DNA of 64,000 nucleotides from Escherichia coli (GTDB lineage Bacteria; Pseudomonadota; Gammaproteobacteria; Enterobacterales; Enterobacteriaceae): NCBI RefSeq assembly GCF_001677475.2, contig NZ_CP015229.1; one strand, 5' to 3'. Shown piece by piece: positions 41,784 to 52,326 of this stretch (position 1 is its first letter; each line of letters starts with the position of its first letter). The notes under the pieces were generated by a model. It saw only the letters and a program-made list of their open reading frames with translations, ran no database searches and was not told where the DNA came from. The position numbers and the translations under genes were made by a program.

Positions 41784-44342
41784 ATGAAAACGAACAGGAA
41801 AAGAGTTGTTATTACCGGGCTGGGGATTTTGTCCTCACTGGCTGAAAATATTCAGGATTTCCGGGAAGCATTATTAAATAAAAAAAATGGCGTTGCGGAT
41901 AGCGAACGCTTTGCAAAATGGTTTGAAAATGCGCGTGCGGCAGAAGTGTTGCATGACATTGAATACTCCGATCTGAACGAAGATGTTATTGATTCACTGG
42001 ATAACGCAGCGCTCTGGGCCTACAAAGTGGGTAAAGATGCGCTGAGTCAGGCCGGTCTGATGGATAGCCGTGACACCCTCAAAGAAACAGGCATGATCGT
42101 CGGTGTTTCGTCCGCGGGAACAGAGGCATTTTTGCCGCTTTTCGAACAGCGCATGGAAGATTTCTCGCTGCGTAAAGCACTTTTTTCCGGCGCGTTTTCA
42201 TCCTGTTGTTCCAGCGTTTCGACGCTGCTGGGCTTACAGGGTGGGGTTGAACTGGTCGCGACTGCGTGTACTGCCAGCCCGAACGCCGTGGGGATGGCCT
42301 TTGACTACATCCAGAATGGTAAAAGCAAAACCATGCTGGCAGTGGGCACTGAGCCCATCTATCTGCCGACCTTTGCCGGATTCTACGCACTGAATGTCAT
42401 GCATCCAGACACCTGTACGCCGTTCTCGGGTCAGTCCGGTATGTCGATTGGTGAAGGCGCTGGCGCTATCGTGCTGGAAGAGTATGAGCACGCCGTAGCA
42501 CGCGGGGCGACCATTTATGGTGAGATCCTCTCTTACGCCACTTCCTGCGATGCTTTCCATGAAACCGGGCCAGATCCGCGTGCCAGCGGAGCGGTGCAGG
42601 TCATGAACAAGGCAATGGCAAATGCGGGTGTAACCCCAGAGCAAATCGATTACGTCAACGCGCACGGTACAGGTACCGAAGCCAATGACCGTATCGAAAC
42701 GCTGGCAATGAAAAAGGTCTTCGCTAACCACGATAAACTGCTGGTGAGCTCCACCAAATCTTACTTTGGCCACAACATTGGCGCAGCGGGGATTGTGGAA
42801 CTGATTGCCTGTCTGGCAACACTGCCGGACAACCGCGTACTGCCGACGCTGAATTTCAGCCAGGCACGCCCGAATTGCGATCTGGACTATGTGCCGAATG
42901 AATTTCGCGATCGCAAAGTAAACATCTTCATGAAGAATAACTATGCCTTCGGCGGCAACAATTGCTGCATGATCCTGAGCATGGAGCCCGCGTCCATTCC
43001 TGTCAGTACTTATGATTCGAAGCGTGTGGCTATCTCGGGCGTCGGTGCAGTATCCGCAATTGGCCACACGCTCAACCAGGTTCTGGAAAACATCTGGGCG
43101 CAGGACCACCACGTTGAACTGGGTAGCGTAACCTTCCCGGACGATACGCTGGAAGAAGCCAAAGAGCTGCTGGCGGTGCTGGATGAATCAAACCAGTTTG
43201 CCGAGCTGTTTGATGAAGAGTACAGCTTCAGCGACGCTACGCTTCCGGAAACGGAAAGCAACTTCAAAACGTTCCAGGTTTCCGGGCTGGAGCCGCGTAA
43301 ACACCTACGTCGTTTTGACCCGCGTAAAGCGACCCGTGGCGGCACGTTTGCCCTGATCGCACTCACCGAAGCGCTGGAACAGGCGAAGCGTAAAATCAAA
43401 CGCGATGGCGATGAGCTGGGCATGATCATGGGGATGTCTCGCGGCCCGCAGGAAACCACCTACAAATATCTACAAAGCCTGAAACCCGATCCACGCAAAG
43501 TACGTACGTCGGAATTTCCTGGCTCGCTGATGAATGCGATCCCAACGTTCTGCGGGATCTCTGAAGGGATCAAAGGGTATACCACTACGCTTGCGACAGG
43601 GGAAAACTCGGCGCTGGGTGCTCTGACCTACGGTTATGAAATCGTCCGGCAGAACCTGCAACCGCAGGTATTGGTTGGCGGCGCGGATGAGTACTTCCCG
43701 TCTATGTCGCTGTATATGGATGCGGTGACGCAAAAGATCCACATGACGGCTGAGGCGAGCGACTATCAGATTTACGGTAAAGATCCGCAGGGCTATGTTC
43801 CGGGCGAAGGTGCCTGCATGCTGCTGTTGGAAGATCCACAGTTGGCTGCGGCGCGTGGCGCTGAGGTTCTCGCGGAAGTGGTGGGCTACGGCAAGTCATG
43901 CAGCAATACCTACTTCGACGCCTCATTGTTGGAAGAAAAATCCGCGTCGATGGCGTTGGCCATTGAACGCGCCCTTACGCATGCGGGCATCTCTGCTGGC
44001 GATATTGATTTGGTTTGTGGTACCAGCAACGGTAGCGATGACCATTCTCGTATCGAAATTGACGCGATCTATAACACCTTCGCCGCGCAAAAACCGGCGG
44101 TGCCGGTAGTGAACTACAACGCTTGCTTTGGTTTTGTCGCCTCAGCCGCTGGTTTGCTTAACCTCGCCGTGATTACTGACTGCATCAAGAAGCAGGCAGT
44201 ACCTGCGATTCCAAATACGGTGGAATTCTTTGATGAGCGTGTGAATTTTGTACGCCAGTCGATGAAACTTGCGCTAAACCATGTCCTGCTTGTTGGCGCA
44301 ACGGAAGGCGGCAACTACTACGCGTTTGTTATTAAGGGATAA
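41784..44342 (+). CDS. Tandem beta-ketoacyl synthase didomain protein (KS plus second KS/CLF-like domain)
   Basis: 852-aa ORF; N-terminal KS with active-site Cys (ATACTASPNAVG) and His motifs (NAHGTGT, GHNIGAAG); second thiolase-fold domain from about residue 410. Confidence 0.85.
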   Translation: MKTNRKRVVITGLGILSSLAENIQDFREALLNKKNGVADSERFAKWFENARAAEVLHDIEYSDLNEDVIDSLDNAALWAYKVGKDALSQAGLMDSRDTLKETGMIVGVSSAGTEAFLPLFEQRMEDFSLRKALFSGAFSSCCSSVSTLLGLQGGVELVATACTASPNAVGMAFDYIQNGKSKTMLAVGTEPIYLPTFAGFYALNVMHPDTCTPFSGQSGMSIGEGAGAIVLEEYEHAVARGATIYGEILSYATSCDAFHETGPDPRASGAVQVMNKAMANAGVTPEQIDYVNAHGTGTEANDRIETLAMKKVFANHDKLLVSSTKSYFGHNIGAAGIVELIACLATLPDNRVLPTLNFSQARPNCDLDYVPNEFRDRKVNIFMKNNYAFGGNNCCMILSMEPASIPVSTYDSKRVAISGVGAVSAIGHTLNQVLENIWAQDHHVELGSVTFPDDTLEEAKELLAVLDESNQFAELFDEEYSFSDATLPETESNFKTFQVSGLEPRKHLRRFDPRKATRGGTFALIALTEALEQAKRKIKRDGDELGMIMGMSRGPQETTYKYLQSLKPDPRKVRTSEFPGSLMNAIPTFCGISEGIKGYTTTLATGENSALGALTYGYEIVRQNLQPQVLVGGADEYFPSMSLYMDAVTQKIHMTAEASDYQIYGKDPQGYVPGEGACMLLLEDPQLAAARGAEVLAEVVGYGKSCSNTYFDASLLEEKSASMALAIERALTHAGISAGDIDLVCGTSNGSDDHSRIEIDAIYNTFAAQKPAVPVVNYNACFGFVASAAGLLNLAVITDCIKKQAVPAIPNTVEFFDERVNFVRQSMKLALNHVLLVGATEGGNYYAFVIKG

Positions 44343-44346
44343 GACT

Positions 44347-45570
44347 GTGGACAATGCCGCTATTATTTCGGGTTACAGCGTGTGGATGCCGTATGCCGAA
44401 GACTGTTCGCAGTTAATTGACAATCTGAAACAGGGGAAACGCGTTGCGCGTACACCCTGGTTTACCTCCAACGAGGAGGCCATTAAATGCGGGTTTAAGG
44501 GTAATCCGTCAGTGGCGACGTTGAAACAGGTGGACGATAGCGCATTGGACCTGCTGTCTCAGTTGATCGACGAAGCCCTGGCACAGGCAATGCTGGATAA
44601 GCATTGCCTGGCCGGGCGCAACGTTCGCGTTTATCTGACCGGTATTGGGCCGCGTATCGACGGGTTGGATTACAAATCTTTCTATAATTACAACGATGTA
44701 GAAGATATCAACTTAACGCAATCCATCACAAATCTGCATGCCTCGAAGATGTCGCAGGACACGATTTCAAGCCATCTTGCGCGCAAATATCGCTTGCAGC
44801 ATTTGCCGCCTAACATGAACTGCACCAGTAACTCGTCACTGACTGCGGTTCATCTGGCGACGCAGGGCATTGAGCAGGGCGGGATTGATCTCGCTATTGT
44901 GCTGAACTGTTCGAAAATTAAAACCCAGGATATCTGGTTCCTGGAAACGCAATCGATGCTGGACAGCGAACAAGTTCAGCCGTTTGGTGAAAACAGTAAA
45001 GGCGTGGCGTTCGCAGAAGGGTTTAGCGCGCTTCTGCTGGAAAGTGCTCATCACCGCCGGGCGCGTCAACAAAGTGAGGGCGTAAGGGTGCAAACAACTT
45101 ACACCCAAATCAGCGCAGGCCGCAGCAACGATGCCTCCTGGCTTAGCACTAACGTGCACAAGGTCATGCAGGCCGCGATGAAGCAGGCTGAAATTGCGCT
45201 GGATGATCTTGCAGCCATTCTTCCACACGGCAACGGTTCGGCAGTGAGCGATAACGCGGAAGCCAAAGCCATCACCATGTTCGCAGGGGAGCAGCAGATC
45301 CCCGTTCTCGCCTATAAAGGGCAGATCGGCTATACCGCAACCGGATCTGGTGTTGTCGATCTGATCATTGGCCACCATTCGTTGACGCATCATCAACTGA
45401 TCGCACCTGTTGGCAATGACGTCATTATCGACAGCATGGCTTCGCGGGTACTTACGGACGGCAGCGTGACAAACCATAGCAAACGCCATTTGCTAAAGGT
45501 TGGTGTGGGTGTCGATGGTTCGGTTATTGGCGTTGTCATGTCAAATATGCAAGCGGGGCGCGCGAAATGA
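44347..45570 (+). CDS. Beta-ketoacyl synthase-like protein (possible chain-length factor)
   Basis: About 408-aa thiolase-fold-like ORF overlapping the upstream stop; start taken as GTG 44347 because the track ATG at 44281 overlaps the preceding gene by 62 bp. Confidence 0.65.
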   Translation: MDNAAIISGYSVWMPYAEDCSQLIDNLKQGKRVARTPWFTSNEEAIKCGFKGNPSVATLKQVDDSALDLLSQLIDEALAQAMLDKHCLAGRNVRVYLTGIGPRIDGLDYKSFYNYNDVEDINLTQSITNLHASKMSQDTISSHLARKYRLQHLPPNMNCTSNSSLTAVHLATQGIEQGGIDLAIVLNCSKIKTQDIWFLETQSMLDSEQVQPFGENSKGVAFAEGFSALLLESAHHRRARQQSEGVRVQTTYTQISAGRSNDASWLSTNVHKVMQAAMKQAEIALDDLAAILPHGNGSAVSDNAEAKAITMFAGEQQIPVLAYKGQIGYTATGSGVVDLIIGHHSLTHHQLIAPVGNDVIIDSMASRVLTDGSVTNHSKRHLLKVGVGVDGSVIGVVMSNMQAGRAK

Positions 45571-46520
45571 CGGAAAAGAGTATCTACCTGTCTTCCTGGG
45601 CGCTTACGGAACCGGACGACATTTTTTATTTTTATCAGCCGACCTGGCTCAACGCCTGGGAAGCACATATGTACGAAAGAGGATTATACGGCACCCGTGC
45701 TAATGGCTGGGGGCTGAAGCGCTTTGGCGTGGAGAACGATATTTATGCGCCAGAACGGATCCGTAATCCGCAATATATGCCTTACCTTGAGGCGATGGAG
45801 CAGGTAACCGATTCTGCATTACAACAAATGCCGACTAAAGAGCGCATGAAGTTAATGAAATCGCGCACGGCATTTATTTATGCCGATTCCTGGGGGGAAT
45901 CCGGTCCGTTTGAAAAAATTTCCAGTGCGCTGCATATCGCCACTATTGATACGCTTCCCAAGAATTTACTTAAGAAGTTTTCGATAACGGAGCCGACTTG
46001 CAAAATTCGCGGCGAAAAACAGGCATTCGTTCAGGCGCTGCATATGGCGCAGGATTATCTCGCCTGGGATGTATTCGATAACGTGGTGATTTGTGCTGCC
46101 TATCGGGCAATTCCGGTGCTGGTATTCTCTGAAGAAGATGTGGGTAAACCGCCTAAGCGTTTATTCCCCCGTCGCGCTGATGAGGTGAATTTATCTGTTG
46201 AACGAGTGGGTTGTTTTATTCTCAGCCAGCGTGAAAGCGCCATCAGGCTGCAATGCGGGGAATATCATTCCGGCACTGCGCCACAGCATGCTACGGATAT
46301 TGATGTCATGGCCTTCAGCGAACGGCGACAAATGCCGTCCCGGCCTGCTGCTGGCGTTATCGACCTGGTAGCCCATTACGGAGAAAGCGGTTGTCTGACG
46401 CCCGCGTTGAGTATGGATTATTTAACCCGTCATATTCAGCCCGGTGGAAAAATGCGTACAGTCATTGCCGATAAACAGTTTGGTTATCACTACTTTGACC
46501 TTGAATACCTTGAAGGATAA
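45567..46520 (+). CDS. Hypothetical protein (operon member, function unknown)
   Basis: 317-aa ORF translationally coupled to both neighbours (4-bp overlap upstream); no motif recognised. Confidence 0.5.
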   Translation: MTEKSIYLSSWALTEPDDIFYFYQPTWLNAWEAHMYERGLYGTRANGWGLKRFGVENDIYAPERIRNPQYMPYLEAMEQVTDSALQQMPTKERMKLMKSRTAFIYADSWGESGPFEKISSALHIATIDTLPKNLLKKFSITEPTCKIRGEKQAFVQALHMAQDYLAWDVFDNVVICAAYRAIPVLVFSEEDVGKPPKRLFPRRADEVNLSVERVGCFILSQRESAIRLQCGEYHSGTAPQHATDIDVMAFSERRQMPSRPAAGVIDLVAHYGESGCLTPALSMDYLTRHIQPGGKMRTVIADKQFGYHYFDLEYLEG

Positions 46521-46530
46521 CGCCAGTCGT

Positions 46531-47238
46531 ATGCAATCTACTATTAAATCGTTGCCCGCTATTTCGCTTAGCAATATTTACAAGTGTTATGGCGCTGGGG
46601 CAGGAAAGGTTGATGCGCTTAAAAGCATTAATCTTGATATCAATAAAGGCGAATTTCTCGCACTGTGTGGGCCGTCAGGCAGTGGTAAAAGTACTCTGTT
46701 GAATATTCTCTCGGGTATTGATAAACCGACCAGCGGAACGGTGATATTTTTAAATAAATTACTGAACCAACTGCCGGAAGAGCAGTTAGCTGTGATTCGT
46801 GGAAAACATCTGGGTTTTATTTTTCAGTTTTTTAATCTTATGCCGGTATTAAATGTTTTCGATAACGTTTATTTCCCACTGGTGCTTAATGGCCAGTTCA
46901 GTAAAAAAGAAGCCACTGAACGGACGCTGCATTATCTCGATAGCGTCGGATTAAGCGGTTTTGGCGATCGCAAACCTGGGCAATTATCGGGCGGTCAACA
47001 ACAGCGTGTCGCCATCGCCAGGGCACTGGCCCACGAACCGATGGTGGTCATTGCCGATGAACCAACGGGAAATTTAGACCTGGCAACCGGCGAGGCTATT
47101 TTGGACCTGCTGTTGACGATTAATCAGCAGACCGGCACCACATTTGTTATTTCCACGCACTCCAGCGAATTAAAAGCGCGGGCACGGCGAGTGGTTGAAA
47201 TTCAGGATGGAGTATTGATTCATGACTCAGATGCATAA
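46531..47238 (+). CDS. ABC transporter ATP-binding protein (LolD/MacB-type)
   Basis: Walker A (GPSGSGKST), ABC signature (LSGGQQQRV), Walker B (VVIADEPTGNLD); start at ATG 46531. Confidence 0.88.
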   Translation: MQSTIKSLPAISLSNIYKCYGAGAGKVDALKSINLDINKGEFLALCGPSGSGKSTLLNILSGIDKPTSGTVIFLNKLLNQLPEEQLAVIRGKHLGFIFQFFNLMPVLNVFDNVYFPLVLNGQFSKKEATERTLHYLDSVGLSGFGDRKPGQLSGGQQQRVAIARALAHEPMVVIADEPTGNLDLATGEAILDLLLTINQQTGTTFVISTHSSELKARARRVVEIQDGVLIHDSDA

Positions 47239-47878
47239 AGGATTTTTGTTCATCGGCGTCTTTTTGTATGCGGCATTTTTGGCCCCGAAGATTTACGCGG
47301 CAACTCCCGACGCCGTTAACCAGGTTCTGCAACAAGGGCTTCCGGCGCAGCCTGCCGCGCTGGCGACGCTGACCGAAGCGTTAAAGAAAGAGTATGAAGC
47401 CAGGCACAATGTGGTGGCGCTGGTTTTTTACGCCTATGGCTTACTGCGTCAGGCGGACGGTTATGCGGCAACAAACGATTTTATCCATGCCTCAGAATAC
47501 GCAAAAAGCGGCTTTTTCTGGCTGGATGAAGCGGTGGATTTGCAGGAGAAAAATCAACGCGTACGTTATTTACGTGCCCGCGTAGATGCCTATTTACCCG
47601 CAGATTCAGGGCGTTGCGTGGTGACAGTCCAAGACACCGAGCACATGCTGGCTGACCCGGCGATATGGGCGACAACGATTCGCGACCATATTCTGGCGAT
47701 GCGTTATCGTGCATTACGTCACTGCAAGGACACCACCCGCGCGAATGCGTTGTTGGCGCAAATTAAAGGGCAAAACGCCGCGCTTGCGCAGTCGCTGACG
47801 CAGGATTTTAATGTTGTACCAGAATGGGATAGTGAAGAGTTAACCCAGGTACTGCTGCCGCTGATGAAAGGTGAGTAA
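47222..47878 (+). CDS. Hypothetical exported protein
   Basis: 218-aa ORF with signal peptide (FLFIGVFLYAAFLAPKIYAATP); sits between ABC ATPase and permease genes. Confidence 0.5.
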   Translation: MTQMHKGFLFIGVFLYAAFLAPKIYAATPDAVNQVLQQGLPAQPAALATLTEALKKEYEARHNVVALVFYAYGLLRQADGYAATNDFIHASEYAKSGFFWLDEAVDLQEKNQRVRYLRARVDAYLPADSGRCVVTVQDTEHMLADPAIWATTIRDHILAMRYRALRHCKDTTRANALLAQIKGQNAALAQSLTQDFNVVPEWDSEELTQVLLPLMKGE

Positions 47879-49189
47879 ATGTCCGGGGAAATTTTAGCTG
47901 TTAATTGCGTTCTGCTGCTGATTCTGTTTTTTGTGTTTTATCAGCTTCTGTTTTATTCACGAGATGTCAAATTTGCATTTTTGAATCTCTTTCGCCACAA
48001 GCGTCGCTCTTTTTCTACTATAACTGCCATTGTATTGGGCGGCGTGGCAATTTTTTTATATGGCGGATTTATTGATTACTCTTTCTGGATCCTGAAAGAG
48101 CAGACGATTCGTACCAATATTGGTCATGTACAGATTTACAATCAGCACTATTTTGAAACGTCGAATAAAAATAAGAGCCTGATTGCCGATTATGCGGCGT
48201 TAAAGAAAGCTATTTTGTCGGACCCGACGCTGGCGACGGATATTTCCACGCTCTCCGGGCAACTTGAGTTTACTGGCGTAATTTCACATTACGAGAGCGA
48301 AACCTCCAGCTATTTCTCTGCGCTGGGTGTCGAGCCGTTACCCGCTTTAAAGCTGGGATCGTTCGATAAGATTATCGCGGGGAGCGATCTTTCCCGGGTA
48401 AAAGGTGATGAAATCACCCTGGGCAGCGGCCTGGCGAAAACGTTGAATGCGAAATACGACGACTGGCTGGATGTGATGGTCGTCAACACGGCGGGCGGGC
48501 AGGGCGCATTGTCGCTAAAACTGCGTGGCATTTTTGAGTCAGGCATTAAAGATTATGACGATGTCGCGATGAAGATCCCGCTGGACACTGCGCAGCGCAT
48601 GATGGGTACGGATGGCGTCAGCAAAGTGCTTATCCTGCTTAAAGAGGATGACACCGCGGCGTTTAGCGCGAAGCTGCGTCAGTTTATTGAACGCAATCAT
48701 TTGCCGCTGGTGGTCAAAGACTGGCGTGATGTTTCACTCTTTTATCAACAGGTTGAGGGGTTACTGTCAGGGATCTATTTCTTCATCAAGCTGATTGTTG
48801 CGCTGATTGTCATCTTCATGATCGGCAATTCGATGGCAATGAACATTGTTGAACGTACCCGTGAAATTACTACTCTGCGTGCCATAGGTCTGAAGCCTCT
48901 TCATGTCACGCGCTTGTTTCTGACGGAAGGCATTTTTATTGGTGTGATTGGCGCAGTCGGTAGCCTGATGGTGGGGGGCGCGCTAGCCTGGATTATTAAT
49001 CTTTATGGTATTGCGATGCCGCCATCGCCGGGACAAACCATCGGCTATACCGCCTTTATAAAAACCAGTAACCCGGAATTGATTTGGGTGACGGTGGTAT
49101 TACCTATTTTGACAGCAACAGGTGCCTCTGTGTTACCGGCTTTACGTGCTTCCCGGCTGAATATTTCTGACGCATTTAAATTCTCGTAG
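47879..49189 (+). CDS. ABC transporter permease (FtsX/LolCE-like)
   Basis: 436-aa ORF with N-terminal TM, large periplasmic loop and C-terminal TM bundle, typical of LolC/LolE/MacB permeases. Confidence 0.8.
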   Translation: MSGEILAVNCVLLLILFFVFYQLLFYSRDVKFAFLNLFRHKRRSFSTITAIVLGGVAIFLYGGFIDYSFWILKEQTIRTNIGHVQIYNQHYFETSNKNKSLIADYAALKKAILSDPTLATDISTLSGQLEFTGVISHYESETSSYFSALGVEPLPALKLGSFDKIIAGSDLSRVKGDEITLGSGLAKTLNAKYDDWLDVMVVNTAGGQGALSLKLRGIFESGIKDYDDVAMKIPLDTAQRMMGTDGVSKVLILLKEDDTAAFSAKLRQFIERNHLPLVVKDWRDVSLFYQQVEGLLSGIYFFIKLIVALIVIFMIGNSMAMNIVERTREITTLRAIGLKPLHVTRLFLTEGIFIGVIGAVGSLMVGGALAWIINLYGIAMPPSPGQTIGYTAFIKTSNPELIWVTVVLPILTATGASVLPALRASRLNISDAFKFS

Positions 49190-49197
49190 GACTGATT

Positions 49198-49986
49198 ATG
49201 AATATGGCTTTTTACGGCAAGTGGTTTGCTTGCCTGTGGCTCGCTACGTCGTGCGTTCAGGCGGCGAGCACAGATAATAAGGCGCTGGAGATAATTCGTC
49301 GCGCTGACGAAATTCGTTCGCCGAATAAACCGTTTCGTTACACGCTGACGGTAACGGAATATAAAGCGGGCGCAACCCAGCCAGAGAATAAACAGATCCT
49401 CGATATTTCCATGCGTTTTATGAAACCGCAGGGTAATGAAAAAGCGGATGCACGCTCGCTGGTGCGTTTTATTTATCCGCCGCGAGACAAAGGAAAAATC
49501 ATGCTTTCCGACTGGTACGATTTATGGTTTTACACGCCGGAATTGCGACGTCCGATGCCTATTTCACGGCAACAAAGATTAATTGGGCAAATCTCTAATG
49601 GCGATGTCATTGTCACTAACTTTGAATATGCCTATGACTCGACCCTGGTGGGGGAATTCTCTTGTGCTGAAAAGCAGTGTTACAAGCTCGCGCTGGTGCG
49701 TAAATCGGCGGATATCACCTGGCCGAAGGTTATCTATTACGTTGAAAAAGACGGTGATAATCGCCCGTGGAAGGCGGCCTATTATTCGCAGGATGACCAG
49801 TTAATAAAAGAAGTGTTGTATCAGGATTTCCAGCCTGTGTTGGGGAAAACGCGACCCATGAAAATCACCGTTACCGATGTCCGTCACGGCAATAACTATT
49901 CAGTGATGGAGTACAGCGATGTTCGTCTGGAATCGCTGCCGGAGTTTCATTTCACCAAAGAATATATTCAGCGAGGTGCGAAATGA
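49198..49986 (+). CDS. Putative LolA-like outer-membrane lipoprotein-sorting / lipid carrier protein
   Basis: 262-aa secreted protein adjacent to the Lol-like ABC genes; assignment by context and size, not by a strong motif. Confidence 0.45.
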   Translation: MNMAFYGKWFACLWLATSCVQAASTDNKALEIIRRADEIRSPNKPFRYTLTVTEYKAGATQPENKQILDISMRFMKPQGNEKADARSLVRFIYPPRDKGKIMLSDWYDLWFYTPELRRPMPISRQQRLIGQISNGDVIVTNFEYAYDSTLVGEFSCAEKQCYKLALVRKSADITWPKVIYYVEKDGDNRPWKAAYYSQDDQLIKEVLYQDFQPVLGKTRPMKITVTDVRHGNNYSVMEYSDVRLESLPEFHFTKEYIQRGAK

Positions 49987-51371
49987 AACGTGCGCTGAAG
50001 ATCTCTTCGTTGCTGTGTGTTGTGCTGCCGTTGACGGTACAGGCGGATTGCCTGTCAGGTGACGAGGTGGCACAAAACAGCGATGTGACGCTTTACGAGC
50101 AGGTGTCTTATGTCAATAAACAGGCTTCGGCCTGGCAGATTGCAGGCAAAAATCCCTACACACGTCACAACGGTTATCAGGAGGCGGGGATTGGCATCAA
50201 TAGTGGTTGTTCAATAATCGACAATACGCTGGACCTTAAGCTCAATCTGTATGGAATAAACGAATATGCGCTTAAACCCGCAGGGAAATTCGAAACGGAT
50301 GATAGCCGCACGCGTGCGTTAATTAACCGCCTCAGTCTGGTCTATAGCGCCTCGGACAGCGTTCAATTTGAAGCAGGCAAATTTGCCGCGCCGTCAGGAA
50401 TGTTCTTTTTGCGTTCGCCTTCTGATTTGCAAACGCATTATTACACCGGATTCCAGTCGACGCGTTTGCACGATCCCAAAATGACATCGGCGTATCAGGC
50501 GTCATCGTGGGGAGCAAAAATGAGCGTGGATACACGCGATTATGCGTTTTCAGCGAGCGTCATACCGAAGTTAGCCACCATCGACAAACGCTATGTGACG
50601 TCTGGCAACTGGTCTGCTAATCAGCAGGGAAACAGCGACGAAGCCTATCTGCTGAGCTACAGCGATCATCGCTTTGGTGAGCACACGCCGACAGTCAATG
50701 TGCGGCTCGGACCCTCGCCGTCACTCGCGCTGTCTGACAGTTATCACTACACCCCGCAGCTTACGCTGAATGTCGACGCAGCCTACCACCGCTCCCAGCA
50801 ATGGCGGCATCTTTCCCACCGTGAGACGGCGCAGGTCGAGGAATATCAGTTTCCGGATTCGCTCTATGAAACGAAAGACGAAAGCGGCGTGGAGCTGGCG
50901 CTGGGTGGGCAGTACACCAGCGATAATTTCAGCGTGTTTGGCGTTGAGTATTACTTTCAGAGTGAGGGTTATTCGCGCGCTGAACAGCGTCAGCAGCGCG
51001 AGTTAATTGACTTCCTCAATACCACAACCGGCTATGCGCCACTGGATCAGGCATTTGATTCTTACAAATACCTGATGGCTTCAGAAATCAGCAATACCGC
51101 CAATCAGGGGATGCTGCAGGGTAAGCACTATCTGAACGCCTGGGCCAGTCTGCCGCTGGCGGGAGAGTCGACGCTGCAGCCTTCGCTGGTGGTCAATCTC
51201 ATTGATGGCAGCACGTTGCTGGGCCTGCATTATTCCACGCCGCTCAGCGCTATCAGTAACCAGCTTGAAGCCTATGCCGGTGGCTATAGCGCGCTGGGAA
51301 GTCGGTATTCTGAATTTGCGCTTTTTGGCGACACGTTAGGCCTTTATTTGGGCTTTAAATACTATCTATAA
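49983..51371 (+). CDS. Putative outer-membrane protein
   Basis: 462-aa ORF with signal peptide and alternating-pattern beta-strand-like sequence; overlaps the upstream stop by 4 bp. Confidence 0.5.
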   Translation: MKRALKISSLLCVVLPLTVQADCLSGDEVAQNSDVTLYEQVSYVNKQASAWQIAGKNPYTRHNGYQEAGIGINSGCSIIDNTLDLKLNLYGINEYALKPAGKFETDDSRTRALINRLSLVYSASDSVQFEAGKFAAPSGMFFLRSPSDLQTHYYTGFQSTRLHDPKMTSAYQASSWGAKMSVDTRDYAFSASVIPKLATIDKRYVTSGNWSANQQGNSDEAYLLSYSDHRFGEHTPTVNVRLGPSPSLALSDSYHYTPQLTLNVDAAYHRSQQWRHLSHRETAQVEEYQFPDSLYETKDESGVELALGGQYTSDNFSVFGVEYYFQSEGYSRAEQRQQRELIDFLNTTTGYAPLDQAFDSYKYLMASEISNTANQGMLQGKHYLNAWASLPLAGESTLQPSLVVNLIDGSTLLGLHYSTPLSAISNQLEAYAGGYSALGSRYSEFALFGDTLGLYLGFKYYL

Positions 51372-51381
51372 GGATAAAGAG

Positions 51382-52326
51382 ATGATGAATAATGCTTCAC
51401 AACCGACAGTACTGCTTTTTGCCGGTCAGGGTAATCCGGTTATTGGTATGGGCAGCGATCTTTGGGATCTCAACGCCAGTACAAAACATATCTGGGATTG
51501 TGCCAGCGATATTTCCGGGCTGAACCTGCGTCGCCTGTGTCAGAAAGGGCCGATGAATCGCCTTATTCAAACGACGGTACAACAACTGGCGGTGACCGCA
51601 ATTAATGTAACGCTCTATACCCTGTGCCGCGAGCGTCTTGAGAATTTAACGGTTGTGGGCTCCTGCGGACACAGCGTTGGTGAATACAGTGCGCTCTACG
51701 CCGCTGGAGCTCTTTCTCTTGAGACGCTATTTGGCATGATTCACTTCAGAGCCAGCCTGATGCATGACGAAAGCCAGAGAAATAAAGGCGCAATGCTGGC
51801 GGTTAAAGGCATCAACCGCGAACAACTGCAGACGATGATTACGGAATCAGGCATTGCGCTGGATATTAGCTGTGATAACACGCCGCGCCAGCAGGTTATT
51901 GGGGGAACGCAGGCTGCGTTGAATGAATTTGCCACGCTGCTGATGTCCGCTGGATACGAACCGGTTAAACTCGGTGTGAGCGGTGCCTGGCACACGCGTT
52001 TGATGGAAGACGGCGTTCAGGCAATGCGCGATTATCTTGCCGGACTGGATATCGCTTCGCCAGAGCATCAGGTTCTGATGAACGTAACAGCAAAAAGCGA
52101 GGTCGCTCCGTCAATTATCAAAGAAAATCTCTCATTACACTTAACTCATACGGTGAAATGGACTGAATCTCTCGATACATTTCTGAATATGCCAACCCCG
52201 GTAGCTTTCCTTGAAATAAGTAATAAGCCCTATTTGGGGAATATGTTAAATGATTTTGCTGGCGTGGATCAGCAACGAGTTATGCATTGTCGTAAAGCAT
52301 TTAGTGATGCAAAGGTATTCAAATGA
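51382..52326 (+). CDS. Malonyl-CoA:ACP transacylase-like acyltransferase (FabD family)
   Basis: 314-aa ORF with the FabD active-site motif [14 protein letters not shown]. Confidence 0.75.
   Translation: MMNNASQPTVLLFAGQGNPVIGMGSDLWDLNASTKHIWDCASDISGLNLRRLCQKGPMNRLIQTTVQQLAVTAINVTLYTLCRERLENLTVVGSCGHSVGEYSALYAAGALSLETLFGMIHFRASLMHDESQRNKGAMLAVKGINREQLQTMITESGIALDISCDNTPRQQVIGGTQAALNEFATLLMSAGYEPVKLGVSGAWHTRLMEDGVQAMRDYLAGLDIASPEHQVLMNVTAKSEVAPSIIKENLSLHLTHTVKWTESLDTFLNMPTPVAFLEISNKPYLGNMLNDFAGVDQQRVMHCRKAFSDAKVFK

Noticed and set aside
42079-45489. Antisense ORFs inside the ketosynthase genes (e.g. 42234-43112 -, 43010-43459 -, 44836-45489 -)
   Set aside because: Sense strand has KS active-site motifs; antisense frames are Arg/Ser-rich artefacts of GC-rich coding DNA.
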